NCBI GenBank assembly: GCA_002030015.1 | Contig: LQBH01000001.1 | Span: forward strand, 3,190-67,189 | From: a delta proteobacterium MLS_D | GTDB lineage: Bacteria > Desulfobacterota > Syntrophia > Syntrophales > UBA2210 | Length of the DNA stretch: 64,000 bases | Direction: 5' to 3' | Shown here: positions 9,961 to 20,903 of the stretch, piece after piece | How the letters are laid out: every line of letters begins with the position of its first letter | How positions within the stretch are numbered: the stretch's first letter is position 1 | Position numbers and translations under genes: made by a program | The notes under the pieces: model-generated | Told to the model about the DNA's origin: nothing | Seen by the model: only the letters and a program-made list of their open reading frames with translations | Database searches by the model: none

Positions 9961-11343
9961 ATGAATCTGTTGGAAGAAAACATTCTGGTGTACGGTATCG
10001 GGGCGACAGGCATCGCCGCAGCGCGCTTTCTTGCCGGCGAGGGTGCCGGGGTGCTTGCCGTCGACGACAGGCCTCTTTCCGAGCTGCATGAAGCCGAGGC
10101 CGCACTGGGAAAAATCGGCGTCAATATTCGTGGCGGGTTCGCCGGGAGTCCCCTTCCGCGGGAAATCTCGCTGGTGGTAGCGTCGCCGGGTGTTCCTCCG
10201 TCCAACCAATTGCTGCGCGAGGCGGAAGCGAAGGGGGTCGACGTTATAAGCGAAATCGAGCTTGCCTCGCGGTTTATTCAGGCACCGATAATCGCTGTGA
10301 CGGGAACCAACGGAAAAACGACCACCACGGAATTCATCGCGCATATTCTTCGGCGATGGGGGAAGCGAATATTTGTCGGCGGAAACATCGGAAATCCTCT
10401 TGTCAATTGCGCCGGGCGGGACGACGACATCGATTTTCTGGTCGTAGAAGTAAGCAGTTTCCAGTTGCAGAGAATCCGTTACTTCCATCCCCGTATCGCC
10501 GTTCTCTTGAACGTGGGATCGGATCACCTGGATTATCACGGAAGCATTGACGCCTACCATGCCGCGAAAAGTCGCGTATTTGAAAATATGAAGGCGGACG
10601 ACCTGGCCATTCTGAATGCCGACGATCCCCACTCTTCGGAACTGGAGCGATCAATCGAGGCCGAGGTCCTTTATTTCAGTGTGATGCACAGACTTGAGAG
10701 GGGAATTTTCGCGGACGGTGAACGACTGATTTTAAAGACGTCAGCAGGCGAAGACGAGGTATTTTCGCGAGAGTCCATCAGGCTGGTGGGGCGCCACAAT
10801 CTTGAAAACATCATGGCCGGCATCGTGGCAGTCAGACATTGCGGATGCCCCGCCGAGGCAATACGTGAAGGACTGGCAACATTTGTCGGTCCGCCCCACC
10901 GGATGGAACACGTGGCAACCCGGGAAGATATTACTTATTACAACGATTCCAAGGGCACCAACGCGGACGCCGTGAGTGCCGCCCTGGAATCTTGTGAACG
11001 GCCGGTGGTCCTTCTCATGGGAGGGCGGGACAAAGGCGAAAATTTCGGCCGTCTCGCCAATTCCATACGGCGTAAGGTGCGAAAACTGGTACTTTTCGGT
11101 GAAGCGGCGCCTGTCATTGAGACCGCGCTGGGCGGTCTTGTTGCAATAACCATGAAAAGAACCCTGGGTGAGGCCGTCGATGAAGCGCTCATGTCGGCCC
11201 GCCGGGGAGACACGGTGCTCCTTTCGCCGGGGTGCTCAAGCTTCGATGAATTCAGGGACTACCGTGAGCGGGGCGAATTTTTCAGGGACCGCGTGCTTTC
11301 GGCCGCTGCATTTTCAAAAACGCCGATGCGGGAGGAATCATGA
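9961..11343 (+). CDS. murD: UDP-MurNAc-L-Ala--D-Glu ligase
   Basis: SPGVP, TGTNGKTTT, EVSSFQL, NDSKGTN, LLSPGCSSFD. Confidence 0.96.
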   Translation: MNLLEENILVYGIGATGIAAARFLAGEGAGVLAVDDRPLSELHEAEAALGKIGVNIRGGFAGSPLPREISLVVASPGVPPSNQLLREAEAKGVDVISEIELASRFIQAPIIAVTGTNGKTTTTEFIAHILRRWGKRIFVGGNIGNPLVNCAGRDDDIDFLVVEVSSFQLQRIRYFHPRIAVLLNVGSDHLDYHGSIDAYHAAKSRVFENMKADDLAILNADDPHSSELERSIEAEVLYFSVMHRLERGIFADGERLILKTSAGEDEVFSRESIRLVGRHNLENIMAGIVAVRHCGCPAEAIREGLATFVGPPHRMEHVATREDITYYNDSKGTNADAVSAALESCERPVVLLMGGRDKGENFGRLANSIRRKVRKLVLFGEAAPVIETALGGLVAITMKRTLGEAVDEALMSARRGDTVLLSPGCSSFDEFRDYRERGEFFRDRVLSAAAFSKTPMREES

Positions 11344-12476
11344 CCGTACCTGATCGCCACAGTGACAAGACGCCCGACGCTATACTTCTTTTCACAACCC
11401 TCGTTCTGGTCTGTGTGGGAACAGTCATGGTGTACAGTTCCAGTTCTCTCATGGCAGCCGATCGGTTCGGAGATCAGTATTATTTTCTGAAGAAACAGAT
11501 CCTCTTCGTTTTTATGGGGCTCGGCGCCATGATGGCCGTTGCCCGCTTCCCCTATCGTTTCTGGAAGAAACTTGCCTATCCCGGCGTCGTCCTTTCATGC
11601 GTTCTGCTTGTTCTGCTGGCGGTCCCGGGGGTGGGAACCACGGTAGGCGGCGCAACCCGCTGGCTGAAGGCAGGATCCTTTACGTTCCAGGTGTCAGAAG
11701 TCGTCAAGGTCGCCGTTGTGATCTTCATGGCCCATTACCTGACGAAAAAATCTCAATATCTCAAGGAGTTCTGCCGGATATTTCTGGTTCCACTCATTCT
11801 GACGGCGCTTATCGTCGCGTTGATACTGGCGCAACCCGATTTTGGAACGGCCGTCATAATAATGATGACGGTCTTCTTCATGTTTTTCGTGGCGGGGGGA
11901 CGCATCATTCACTTGGCGGGGCTTGCGGCCGCCTCTATTCCCGTCGTCGTTTTTCTTGTGCTCCTCGAGAGTTATCGGCTTCAAAGGATCATGTCTTTTC
12001 GAAGCCCCTGGGACGATCCCACGCGATCCGGTTACCAGATCATTCAATCCTTCATCTCCTTCGGTTCCGGAGGGACCTTCGGTGTGGGACTGGGAAACAG
12101 CATGCAGAAATTATTTTATCTTCCCGAGCCACACACTGATTTCATATTGGCGGTACTGGCGGAAGAGGGAGGATTCATAGCCGTTGCTTCAGTTATAGCG
12201 CTCTTCGCATTGCTTCTCGCCCGGGGGTTCATGATTGCCTTCAGGGCGGATTCGGTATTCGGGACGCTCCTCGCCGCGGGGCTCACCACACTGCTCGCCT
12301 TGCAGGGATTCGTAAACATGAGTGTTGTTATGGGACTTGTTCCCACAAAAGGCCTTGCCCTGCCATTCCTGAGTTACGGTGGAACCTCGCTGATTATGAG
12401 CATGGTCTCAGTAGGTATTCTCATCAATATCTCCTCTTACCAGACGGAATCACCGGTGAAGGGAGCAAAACGATGA
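11340..12476 (+). CDS. ftsW: SEDS peptidoglycan polymerase FtsW
   Basis: Multi-TM; GATRW, QPDFG, LPEPHTDFI, LPFLSYGGTS. Confidence 0.96.
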   Translation: MTVPDRHSDKTPDAILLFTTLVLVCVGTVMVYSSSSLMAADRFGDQYYFLKKQILFVFMGLGAMMAVARFPYRFWKKLAYPGVVLSCVLLVLLAVPGVGTTVGGATRWLKAGSFTFQVSEVVKVAVVIFMAHYLTKKSQYLKEFCRIFLVPLILTALIVALILAQPDFGTAVIIMMTVFFMFFVAGGRIIHLAGLAAASIPVVVFLVLLESYRLQRIMSFRSPWDDPTRSGYQIIQSFISFGSGGTFGVGLGNSMQKLFYLPEPHTDFILAVLAEEGGFIAVASVIALFALLLARGFMIAFRADSVFGTLLAAGLTTLLALQGFVNMSVVMGLVPTKGLALPFLSYGGTSLIMSMVSVGILINISSYQTESPVKGAKR

Positions 12477-13570
12477 ATGCCGGAAAACGAGGCATGAAAA
12501 TGCTGATAGCCGGGGGCGGAACAGGCGGACATATATTCCCCGCAATTGCCGTAGCCGAAGAGCTGATCGGGCGGGGCGACGAAAATGAAGTGCTTTTCGT
12601 TGGTACCGGCAGGGGGCTCGAGGCACGGGTGGTTCCGAAGGCCGGGTACCGGCTTCAAACGATAGACGTGGCGGGCCTTATGGGGAAAGGGTTTACGGGA
12701 GTCCTGGCGGGATTGAAAAAGATTCCCGGGAGTATTATCCGCTCGCGGACCGTCATTAAGGAATTCAACCCGGACGTTGTTATGGGGGTCGGTGGATATG
12801 TGTCGGGACCGGTTGTGATTACGGCCCATTTCATGGGCATCCTTACTGCCGTCGCCGAACAGAATGCCGTACCCGGCATGACCAACAACATTCTGGGACG
12901 ATTTGCAGACAGGATATTCGTGTCGTTTGAGGAAACGAGCGAATGGTTTCCTGTCCGAAGGGTTGTATACACCGGCAACCCCGTGCGGGCCGGGTTCGCA
13001 CGACCGGCCGGCAGGAAGAAAACCGACGACGGTGTTTTCACGTTGCTTGTCTTCGGTGGGAGCCAGGGGGCGTCAAGCGTCAACCGGTCGGTCGTCGCCG
13101 CCCTGCCGTATCTGGAAGACCTGAAAGAGTCGCTGGCGATTATTCACCAGGCCGGAATGAACGATCGGGATGAAGTCGAGGAGGCCTATCGCAGACGCGG
13201 GTTGAACGCCGAGATTGTCGATTTTATCGATGATATGCCGGCGGTGTATGAACAGGCCGACCTTCTGATCTGCCGGGCCGGTGCCACATCTATAGCCGAA
13301 ATAACCGCCATGGGCAAAGCGTCGCTCCTGATTCCTTATCCCTACGCGACCGGAAATCACCAGGTACTGAACGCCCGGGCGCTCGTCAAAAAAGGAGCCG
13401 CCGAGATGCTCGAAGAAAAAGATTGTACCGGGGAATCGCTGGCGATGCACATTCGCGACATGTACCGGGATCCGGCGCGACTGCAGTCAATGGAAGCGGC
13501 TTCAAAGAGCATGGGAAACCCCGATGCAGCCAGGGTGATCGTCGATCACTGTTTTGATCTGCTTCAATAA
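12473..13570 (+). CDS. murG: Lipid II GlcNAc transferase MurG (start may be 12494)
   Basis: GGGTGGH, GGYVS, EQN, GNPVR, GGSQGA, RAGATS. Confidence 0.96.
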   Translation: MNAGKRGMKMLIAGGGTGGHIFPAIAVAEELIGRGDENEVLFVGTGRGLEARVVPKAGYRLQTIDVAGLMGKGFTGVLAGLKKIPGSIIRSRTVIKEFNPDVVMGVGGYVSGPVVITAHFMGILTAVAEQNAVPGMTNNILGRFADRIFVSFEETSEWFPVRRVVYTGNPVRAGFARPAGRKKTDDGVFTLLVFGGSQGASSVNRSVVAALPYLEDLKESLAIIHQAGMNDRDEVEEAYRRRGLNAEIVDFIDDMPAVYEQADLLICRAGATSIAEITAMGKASLLIPYPYATGNHQVLNARALVKKGAAEMLEEKDCTGESLAMHIRDMYRDPARLQSMEAASKSMGNPDAARVIVDHCFDLLQ

Positions 13571-13581
13571 GGGCACGCACC

Positions 13582-14973
13582 ATGAATTATGAGTCAAGAG
13601 ATTACATGAGAAGAAAAATCGAGCGCATTCACTTTATCGGTATCGGGGGTATCGGTATGAGCGGTATCGCCGAAGTTCTTCTCAATCTGGGATACCGGAT
13701 AAGTGGATCGGATATTCAGGAAACGGAAATCACGAAACGGCTGGGAAGTCTGGGTGCCAAAGTGTGGTACGGCCACGAGGCTAAGAACGTGAAAGATGCG
13801 CAGGTGGTGGTCACGTCGACGGCCATATCCGCCGACAATCCGGAAGTCGCCGCCGCCGACGCCGAAGGAATTCCCGTGATACCGAGGGCTGAAATGCTGG
13901 CGGAGCTTCTTAAGATGAAAGCGTCAGTGGCAGTTTCCGGCTGTCACGGCAAAACGACCACCACTTCCATGATAGCTTCGGTACTGTCATTCGCGGGGCT
14001 TGATCCCACGATGGTGGTGGGGGGTAAACTGCTCAGCATGGGAAGCAGCGCGCGCCTTGGAAGCGGTGAAATCATCGTCGCCGAGGCCGACGAGAGCGAC
14101 GGGTCTTTTCTCGGCCTCGCTCCCCTGATCGCCGTCGTTACCAACATCGACCGGGAGCATCTGGATTATTACCGTGACATAGAGGACATCAAGAACGCCT
14201 TTATCCGTTTCGCCAACTCCGTGCCTTTTTACGGGGCCGCGATCGTTTGCATCGATTGTCCGCACGTGCGGGCGATCCTTCCGCAGATAAAACGCCGCGT
14301 GATCACCTACGGTATGACCGGAGAGGCTGACTACCGGGCCTTCGATGTTGCTTTCGAAAACATGACATCACGTTATTCCCTGTCCTGCGGCGGAGAACCG
14401 GTCGGCGACATCAGCCTTCGTGTGCCGGGCTTATTCAATGTCTACAATTCTCTCGCGGCTGTGGCGGCGGCGAGGGAACTCGATGTGCCGTTCAGGGAGG
14501 CGCAGGAGGGGATCGGGACCTTCAGCGGCGTTCACCGCAGGCTCGAAATCAAGGGATCAAAAAATAATGTTCTGGTCGTCGATGATTACGGTCACCATCC
14601 GACGGAAATCAGGGAGACGCTGAAGACGGCCCGGCAGGTATGGCCCGGGCGCCTGGTGGTGGTTTTTCAACCTCACCGGTATTCGCGGACGAAAGCCCTG
14701 CTCGGTGATTTTGCCGACGCTTTTGACGAGGCCGACGAGATTATTCTGACGGATATATACGGGGCGGGGGAAAAGCCGATTCCCGGGATCAACGCGCCGC
14801 TGCTTCGTGAAACCCTGGAGCGGGCCGGTCATCCCCGTGTGCGGTATGTAGGAACCTTCGACGAAATCGTAACGATGCTGCGCCGGGAAACATCTCCGGG
14901 CGATACGCTCATCACCCTGGGTGCCGGTACCATATGGCAGGTGGGGGAAATGTTTCTGGAGAACGAGGCATGA
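13582..14973 (+). CDS. murC: UDP-MurNAc--L-Ala ligase
   Basis: IGIGGIGMSG, HGKTTTTSM, EADESDGSF, DDYGHHP, FQPHRYSRT. Confidence 0.96.
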   Translation: MNYESRDYMRRKIERIHFIGIGGIGMSGIAEVLLNLGYRISGSDIQETEITKRLGSLGAKVWYGHEAKNVKDAQVVVTSTAISADNPEVAAADAEGIPVIPRAEMLAELLKMKASVAVSGCHGKTTTTSMIASVLSFAGLDPTMVVGGKLLSMGSSARLGSGEIIVAEADESDGSFLGLAPLIAVVTNIDREHLDYYRDIEDIKNAFIRFANSVPFYGAAIVCIDCPHVRAILPQIKRRVITYGMTGEADYRAFDVAFENMTSRYSLSCGGEPVGDISLRVPGLFNVYNSLAAVAAARELDVPFREAQEGIGTFSGVHRRLEIKGSKNNVLVVDDYGHHPTEIRETLKTARQVWPGRLVVVFQPHRYSRTKALLGDFADAFDEADEIILTDIYGAGEKPIPGINAPLLRETLERAGHPRVRYVGTFDEIVTMLRRETSPGDTLITLGAGTIWQVGEMFLENEA

Positions 14974-15043
14974 GCCGATTTCGAAACGATTGCGGAAAGG
15001 CGGCACTGTCCGGTTTGAAACAACGGCCCGTGAAGGACATATC

Positions 15044-15976
15044 ATGAAGCACTCTGTCGATGAAGCCTTTGGCAGGCAGGTACAACAAATAATTTCGGGA
15101 GAGGTGTTTTTTAACGAACCGATGAACCGCCACGCGTCTCTCGGGGTCGGCGGGAACGCGGACGTCTTCGCCTGTCCCGAAAATGAGCGTGAAGTTGTCG
15201 GGCTTGTCGGGTTTCTTGTTGACCGGGATATCCCTTTTTATCCGGTTGGAAACTGCACCAACCTTGTGGTCCGCGACGGCGGCTACCGGGGCGTCCTGAT
15301 TTCACTGAGGCGCCTTCAGGGATTGGAAATGAGGACGGACTCGACGGAAGAGATTCTTCTTTACGCTGAAGCCGGGGTGTCCCTGGCGCGTCTGACAGAA
15401 TTCACGCTGCGGGAATCCCTGGCCGGTCTTGAATTCTGTGCCGGCATTCCGGGTACGCTCGGGGGCGCCCTTCGAATGAACGCCGGGGCCTGGGGTTCTG
15501 AAATGAAGAATATTGTTTCATCGGTTCATCTTCTGGCGCCCGGGAGGAAAATCGAGGAGATTCCCCGTTCACGACTGTCCTTCTCTTACCGGAACCTTGA
15601 TCTTCCTCGTGGCGGTGTAATAACGGCGGCGCTTCTTGCGCTACGCCGGGGGCGCCGGGAATCGATCAAGACCCGTGTCGAGGAGATCATGGCGGAGCGG
15701 GAAAAGCGTCACCCCCTTACTTTCCGGAGCGCCGGGTCCGTGTTTAAAAACCCTGCGGGGACACCGGCGGGCAGGCTCATAGAAGAAACGGGCCTCAAAG
15801 GCTTGAGAGTCGGCGATGCCGTCGTTTCAGAACAGCACGGCAACTTTATTGTCAATACCGGGGCGGCCAGGGCACACGACATTCTCGCTCTTATCGAAAT
15901 CGTTCGACGGACGGTGAAGGAGCAGCGGGGCATCGAACTCAAAACAGAAATCGTAATAATCGGAGATGAACAATGA
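15044..15976 (+). CDS. murB: UDP-N-acetylenolpyruvoylglucosamine reductase
   Basis: GIPGTLGGALRMNAGA, SAGSVFKNP, HGNFIVN. Confidence 0.95.
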   Translation: MKHSVDEAFGRQVQQIISGEVFFNEPMNRHASLGVGGNADVFACPENEREVVGLVGFLVDRDIPFYPVGNCTNLVVRDGGYRGVLISLRRLQGLEMRTDSTEEILLYAEAGVSLARLTEFTLRESLAGLEFCAGIPGTLGGALRMNAGAWGSEMKNIVSSVHLLAPGRKIEEIPRSRLSFSYRNLDLPRGGVITAALLALRRGRRESIKTRVEEIMAEREKRHPLTFRSAGSVFKNPAGTPAGRLIEETGLKGLRVGDAVVSEQHGNFIVNTGAARAHDILALIEIVRRTVKEQRGIELKTEIVIIGDEQ

Positions 15977-16815
15977 AGCGGTCGATCGGTAGCTCACGCG
16001 CCGTGAAGAAAAGCAGGATCAGGCGACGGTGGACCAAAATAGCGCGGGAAATAGGTGTCGCGCTGTCGGTGATGACAGCGGCGACGGTTTTCGCGTTGAT
16101 CATGATGTACGGATATAACGTCGCACTGTGTTCCGATTTCTTTACCCTGGCTGAGGCCGCGGTAAAAGGAACGGACCGCCTGTCCGACCGCGAGGTCATA
16201 CAACTTTTGGGTGTTGATGACTCCACGAATATTCTCACGGCGGACCTCAATAAAATGGTCGCCGGAGTTAAAACAAATCCCTGGGTCAGGGATGTGCGGA
16301 TGACCCGGGATCTTCCGAACCGTTTGATTGTCGAAATTATAGAGCGCAAGCCCGTGGCGCTCATAAGCCATGACCATAATATCTATCTGCTGGACCGTGA
16401 GGGGACAATTTTTAAAAATCTTGATCACGACGACAAGATCGACCTGCCGGTCATGACCGGTTTCAGTGATCAGGGAGTACTGGACGAGAAACTGCTTCAA
16501 GGCGCCTTCGAGTTGCTCGACTGTCTCGCGGGGCGGAAAGGGTATCCCGAAATGAGGCACATCTCGGAAGTCCGGGGAGATCATCTGTACGGTTATTCGC
16601 TGTGTACCATGGATCGGCGCTTCTATCTCCTGGGATTCGGGGACTTCGAAACCAAGCTGCGACGTCTTGAAAACGTTCTTTTCGATCTGACGACGAAAAA
16701 CGTCTCGTTGTCTCCCTTATTCGTCGATATGGTGGATCCTGAAAGAATTATTGTCCGTCACGGGGGCGCCGTTGGAACGGGCGTCAGTGACGGGCGGAAA
16801 AGAACAGATATTTGA
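15973..16815 (+). CDS. ftsQ: Cell division protein FtsQ/DivIB
   Basis: N-terminal TM, POTRA-like PWV...R.LPN.L...I.ER.P; lies upstream of ftsA. Confidence 0.85.
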   Translation: MKRSIGSSRAVKKSRIRRRWTKIAREIGVALSVMTAATVFALIMMYGYNVALCSDFFTLAEAAVKGTDRLSDREVIQLLGVDDSTNILTADLNKMVAGVKTNPWVRDVRMTRDLPNRLIVEIIERKPVALISHDHNIYLLDREGTIFKNLDHDDKIDLPVMTGFSDQGVLDEKLLQGAFELLDCLAGRKGYPEMRHISEVRGDHLYGYSLCTMDRRFYLLGFGDFETKLRRLENVLFDLTTKNVSLSPLFVDMVDPERIIVRHGGAVGTGVSDGRKRTDI

Positions 16816-16967
16816 AACGGGGGGGAACACCGTATGTGGCTCACTATGATTGATATACCGCGGGAATTTGTGAGGTGGGAATCCGGGTTGCCCGCGGAGC
16901 TTTGTTCAGGGCTTGTTTTGATGTGAGAGCGGTGATGCGCCGCCTGCCCGGAAAGGAAGTTCGCTTA

Positions 16968-18194
16968 ATGGCACGACGGGAAAAAGTGATTGTAGGACTC
17001 GATGTTGGAACAACCAAAACCTGCGCGATCGTCGGCGAGATCAACGATGCGGGCATCGACGTCATCGGGATTGGAACGCACGCGTCGACGGGACTGCGAA
17101 AAGGCGTGGTTGTCAACATCGATAATACGGTGGAAGCCATAAAGCGCGCCGTGGAGGAAGCGGAACTGATGTCGGGTTGCGAGATAAAGTCCGTCTACGC
17201 CGGTATTGCGGGCAGCCACATTCGGGGGCTCAACAGTCACGGAATTGTCGCCGTCCGGGGTGGCGAAGTGGATGAGGATGATGTGAAAAGGGCCATCGAC
17301 GCGGCGATGGCGTTGGCGATTCCTCTTGATCGGCAGGTTATTCACGCCCTTCCCCAGTACTATATCGTCGATGACCAGGACGGCGTGAAGGAACCCATCG
17401 GCATGGCAGGGGTCCGACTGGAGTCGAAAGTGCACATTGTGCTCGGCGCCGTGACGTCCATTCAGAACATCGTCAAATCCGTCAACCGGGTGGGACTGGA
17501 TGTAAACGATATTGTCCTGGAACCTCTGGCCTCCAGCGAGGCCGTGCTCAGTCAGGACGAGCGTGATCTCGGCGTCGCGCTTATCGATATCGGCGGTGGA
17601 ACCACCGACGTGGCCGTCTTCGCCGACGGCAGCATCAAACACACGGCGGTACTTCCCATGGGAGGAATTTACGTAACCAGCGACATCGCGGTGGGACTCA
17701 GGACGCCGGCACTGGAAGCGGAAAAAATAAAGATACAGTATGGATGCGCATTCACCGGCCTGATTCCGCAGGACGAAACCATCGAGGTTCCCAGCGTGGG
17801 AGGACGGAATCCTCGAAAAGTGTCCCGCCAGATTCTCGGTGAAATCATTCAACCTCGCGTGGAAGAAATTCTCAATTTCGCGCACCGGGAAATCGTCCGA
17901 TCCGGCTTCGACGACCTGCTGGGCGCAGGAATCGTTCTCACGGGCGGTACGTCACTGATCGAAGGGGCGCTGGAACTCGGTGAAAGTGTTTTCAACATGC
18001 CTGTCAGAATCGGTTATCCCACGGGTGTCGGCGGTATATCGGACATCGTGAAAAGCCCCGTATACGCGACAGGTGTGGGACTGATCGTGCACGGGGCCAG
18101 AGATCGATCGCCCGCACGATTCAAGAAGGGCGATATTAATATAGTACGTAAAATAACGGCGCGAATGAAACGATGGTTCAACGATTTTTTCTGA
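16968..18194 (+). CDS. ftsA: Cell division protein FtsA
   Basis: GLDVGTTK, DIGGGTTD, VLTGGTS; ATG 16968 after GAAAGGAAG. Confidence 0.97.
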   Translation: MARREKVIVGLDVGTTKTCAIVGEINDAGIDVIGIGTHASTGLRKGVVVNIDNTVEAIKRAVEEAELMSGCEIKSVYAGIAGSHIRGLNSHGIVAVRGGEVDEDDVKRAIDAAMALAIPLDRQVIHALPQYYIVDDQDGVKEPIGMAGVRLESKVHIVLGAVTSIQNIVKSVNRVGLDVNDIVLEPLASSEAVLSQDERDLGVALIDIGGGTTDVAVFADGSIKHTAVLPMGGIYVTSDIAVGLRTPALEAEKIKIQYGCAFTGLIPQDETIEVPSVGGRNPRKVSRQILGEIIQPRVEEILNFAHREIVRSGFDDLLGAGIVLTGGTSLIEGALELGESVFNMPVRIGYPTGVGGISDIVKSPVYATGVGLIVHGARDRSPARFKKGDINIVRKITARMKRWFNDFF

Positions 18195-18209
18195 AAGGGA
18201 GGATGAGAC

Positions 18210-19373
18210 ATGTTTGAATTACTTCAGGGAGGAAAAGGCGACGGCGCGAAAATCAAGGTTGTCGGCGTCGGCGGAGGCGGCGGCAACGCCGTCAACATGA
18301 TGATTTCCTACCAGCTCAACGGTGTGGATTTCATTGTGACGAACACGGATTCCCAGGCGCTTGAGGTATCGAAAGCGCCCGTCAAACTCCAGCTGGGATC
18401 CGACGTGACCCGCGGGCTTGGCGCCGGTTCTGATCCCGAAGTGGGACGCAGAGCGGCCATGGAGTCGAAAGACCGCATCAGGGATCTGATCGACGGGGCC
18501 GACATGGTGTTCATCACCGCGGGCCTGGGAGGTGGAACGGGAACGGGCGGTGCGCCGGTCATTGCTGAAATTGCTCGTGAACTCGGCATTCTGACCGTGG
18601 CGGTCGTGACGAAGCCCTTCCAGTTTGAGGGAAAGCGGAGAGAGCGGAATGCGGAGGAAGGACTGGCCGAACTCAAGGACGTTGTGGACAGTCTCATCGT
18701 CATTCCCAATCAGCGGCTTCTCAGCATCAGCGGAAGAAACATGTCGCTGACGGACGCCTTCAAGAAGGCCGACGATATTCTCTATCACGGCGTCAAGGGA
18801 ATATCGGACCTGGTTATGGTTCCGGGATTGATTAACCTGGATTTCGCCGATGTGAAGACCATCATGTCCGACATGGGGCTCGCCCTGATGGGAACCGGTA
18901 TCGCCAGCGGCGAGGGGAGGGCCGTTGAAGCGGCTCAGAAAGCGATTTCCTCACCTCTGCTTGAAGACAACTCGATCCAGGGAGCCAGGGGCGTGCTTCT
19001 CAATATCACGGGGAATTCCGATTTGACGCTGTTCGAGGTGAACGAGGCGTCGACACTGGTCCAGACAGAAACCCACGAGGATGCGAATATTATTTTCGGC
19101 ACCGTCATTGATGAAAACATGGGCGAAGAATTAAGAGTCACGGTGATCGCCACGGGATTCGACGCTCGGGAAGGAAAACGGCGTGAAGAAACTATTCCCA
19201 ATGTTTCGAACATCAATACGATGAAACGGCCGAAAGAGGACCTCGCGACGCCGACTTTCGTAAGGCAGAAAGAGAGTGCCGAGAAACCCGTAGTCATAAA
19301 AATGGGTATGATCAGCGACGAGGAAAATTACGACTTTGAAACACCGGCGTTTTTGAGGAAAACCGAGAACTGA
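18210..19373 (+). CDS. ftsZ: Cell division protein FtsZ
   Basis: [15 protein letters not shown] tubulin motif, NLDFADV, C-terminal PAFLRK. Confidence 0.98.
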   Translation: MFELLQGGKGDGAKIKVVGVGGGGGNAVNMMISYQLNGVDFIVTNTDSQALEVSKAPVKLQLGSDVTRGLGAGSDPEVGRRAAMESKDRIRDLIDGADMVFITAGLGGGTGTGGAPVIAEIARELGILTVAVVTKPFQFEGKRRERNAEEGLAELKDVVDSLIVIPNQRLLSISGRNMSLTDAFKKADDILYHGVKGISDLVMVPGLINLDFADVKTIMSDMGLALMGTGIASGEGRAVEAAQKAISSPLLEDNSIQGARGVLLNITGNSDLTLFEVNEASTLVQTETHEDANIIFGTVIDENMGEELRVTVIATGFDAREGKRREETIPNVSNINTMKRPKEDLATPTFVRQKESAEKPVVIKMGMISDEENYDFETPAFLRKTEN

Positions 19374-19489
19374 TCAGTTGCAGGTTTTCGGTGGAATGTC
19401 GGGACTCCTGGTGACACGCCTTTCCGGATTCGATCCGGTGCGCCGGGGCGTTCTTACCGGGTAATGCTTTTTTTACCTCCCTTTCATCG

Positions 19490-19523
19490 GTCGGGGCGGG
19501 TGACCGCCCCGGCTTTGTTATTT
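19490..19523 (+). terminator. Probable intrinsic terminator downstream of ftsZ
   Basis: GTCGGGGCGG-GTGA-CCGCCCCGGC hairpin followed by TTTGTTATTT, between convergent genes. Confidence 0.55.
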
Positions 19524-19564
19524 CCTGCGGACCCGTTTTCAGGCGCTGTTCCGGCACCGCGTAC

Positions 19565-20842
19565 TTAAATAAAAAAAATAACGAGCAGTCCCAGCGACAG
19601 CATGAAGATGAATCCCGGCAGAATTGATCGTCTGAACAGCGCCGTACCTGCAAAGAGTGCGATACCGCCTTTGGCGGCCGTGTTTGCCGCCGCTGCGAGA
19701 AGTATCGATCGGGCCGCCGTGGTAAGTTCCAGTCCTTCGGGCTCATCGCTCAAGGCAGCCAGGGACAGGGCGATGGCATCCACGTCTGCCAGTCCTGCGA
19801 CAGCACTGGAAATATACGTACCCATGTCGCCGAGATAAACCTGGGCGGCCCGGCTGACCAGCAGAATACCCGCGAAAATGAATCCAAAGGTGAGCGCGGG
19901 CTTCAGTTCGAAGGGGTTGCTGAAACTGACGTCCGCCCTTTCTTTCGACCAGCGCGAACGGTAGAGAAACCAGCAGGCGAGCAGCCCTCCAGCTACGGGC
20001 GCCAGGACGGGAATCATGATCATTCGGGCAAGCTCGACATTCAGTACGGCCACCTCCACCACGACTCGACCGTACATGATTGTCCATGCGACGATAACGG
20101 CGAGCGCGAAAGGCCGTGCCAGATTTTCCGCGTCCCGGCTCCGCTGGCTGAAACTTACCGTGGCCGCGGTACTCGATGCGAGGCCGCCGAAAAGTCCCGT
20201 CAGGCCGATCGCCTTCCGGGTACCAATGACTTTTATCAGAACATACCCGACGAAACTGATTCCGGAAATAAGAATAACCAGTAACCAGATTTTATAGGGG
20301 TTCAGAACGTCGAGGGGCGGTATGCCGAAGTTTTCGTTAGGAAGAACCGGAAGAACAATAGCCGTGATGACGGCGAATTTCAGTGTCGCCCAGATGTCCT
20401 CCCTGGTAATTTTTTTCGCGAACCGGTGCAGTTCGGGTTTCACCGAAAGTACTACTGCTATGGTGACACCCAGGGCCACAGCCAGAGTCAGGTGCTTCCA
20501 GAACGCAAGAACGCCCACGAAGAAGGTTAACAGAGCGGCAACCTCCGTGGTAATGCCTGTTTCACCCCGTGAGGATTCAATGGCATAGTTTATGGCGAAG
20601 AGGGCGCCCAGAATGAGAAGCGATGCGGCCATGGGCAGCGGTGAACCGGTCAGGTCGGAGACATAACCCGCTGTACACCCCAGGAGGGCCATGAGGGAAA
20701 AGGTTCTCGCGCCCGAAACAAGCTCGCGGTCTTCCTTTTCGAAGGCGTGTTCCCGTTGCATGCCGATCAATATTCCGATGACAAGAGCGATGCCGAACCT
20801 CAGGAAAAGGCTGCTTTCATCGATATGGGGCATAGTGATCAC
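19565..20842 (-). CDS. MgtC/SapB family membrane protein with C-terminal DUF4010
   Basis: GILIGMQRE, SGARTF, GITTEVAA, GLASSTAAT, GLADVDAI; multi-TM. Confidence 0.85.
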   Translation of the reverse strand: MITMPHIDESSLFLRFGIALVIGILIGMQREHAFEKEDRELVSGARTFSLMALLGCTAGYVSDLTGSPLPMAASLLILGALFAINYAIESSRGETGITTEVAALLTFFVGVLAFWKHLTLAVALGVTIAVVLSVKPELHRFAKKITREDIWATLKFAVITAIVLPVLPNENFGIPPLDVLNPYKIWLLVILISGISFVGYVLIKVIGTRKAIGLTGLFGGLASSTAATVSFSQRSRDAENLARPFALAVIVAWTIMYGRVVVEVAVLNVELARMIMIPVLAPVAGGLLACWFLYRSRWSKERADVSFSNPFELKPALTFGFIFAGILLVSRAAQVYLGDMGTYISSAVAGLADVDAIALSLAALSDEPEGLELTTAARSILLAAAANTAAKGGIALFAGTALFRRSILPGFIFMLSLGLLVIFFI

Positions 20843-20903
20843 GGTAATTATCCCTCCCCGCGAGCGGTTCCGTCACGGCGATACCGCCGCCCGCCGCAAC
20901 GCT

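Noticed and set aside
9403-10632. Long minus-strand ORFs (also 16965..17885, 25935..27104, 30926..32203, 47961..48923, 52520..53383, 53883..55124)
   Set aside because: Antisense to well-supported genes, no recognisable motifs; expected in GC-rich coding DNA
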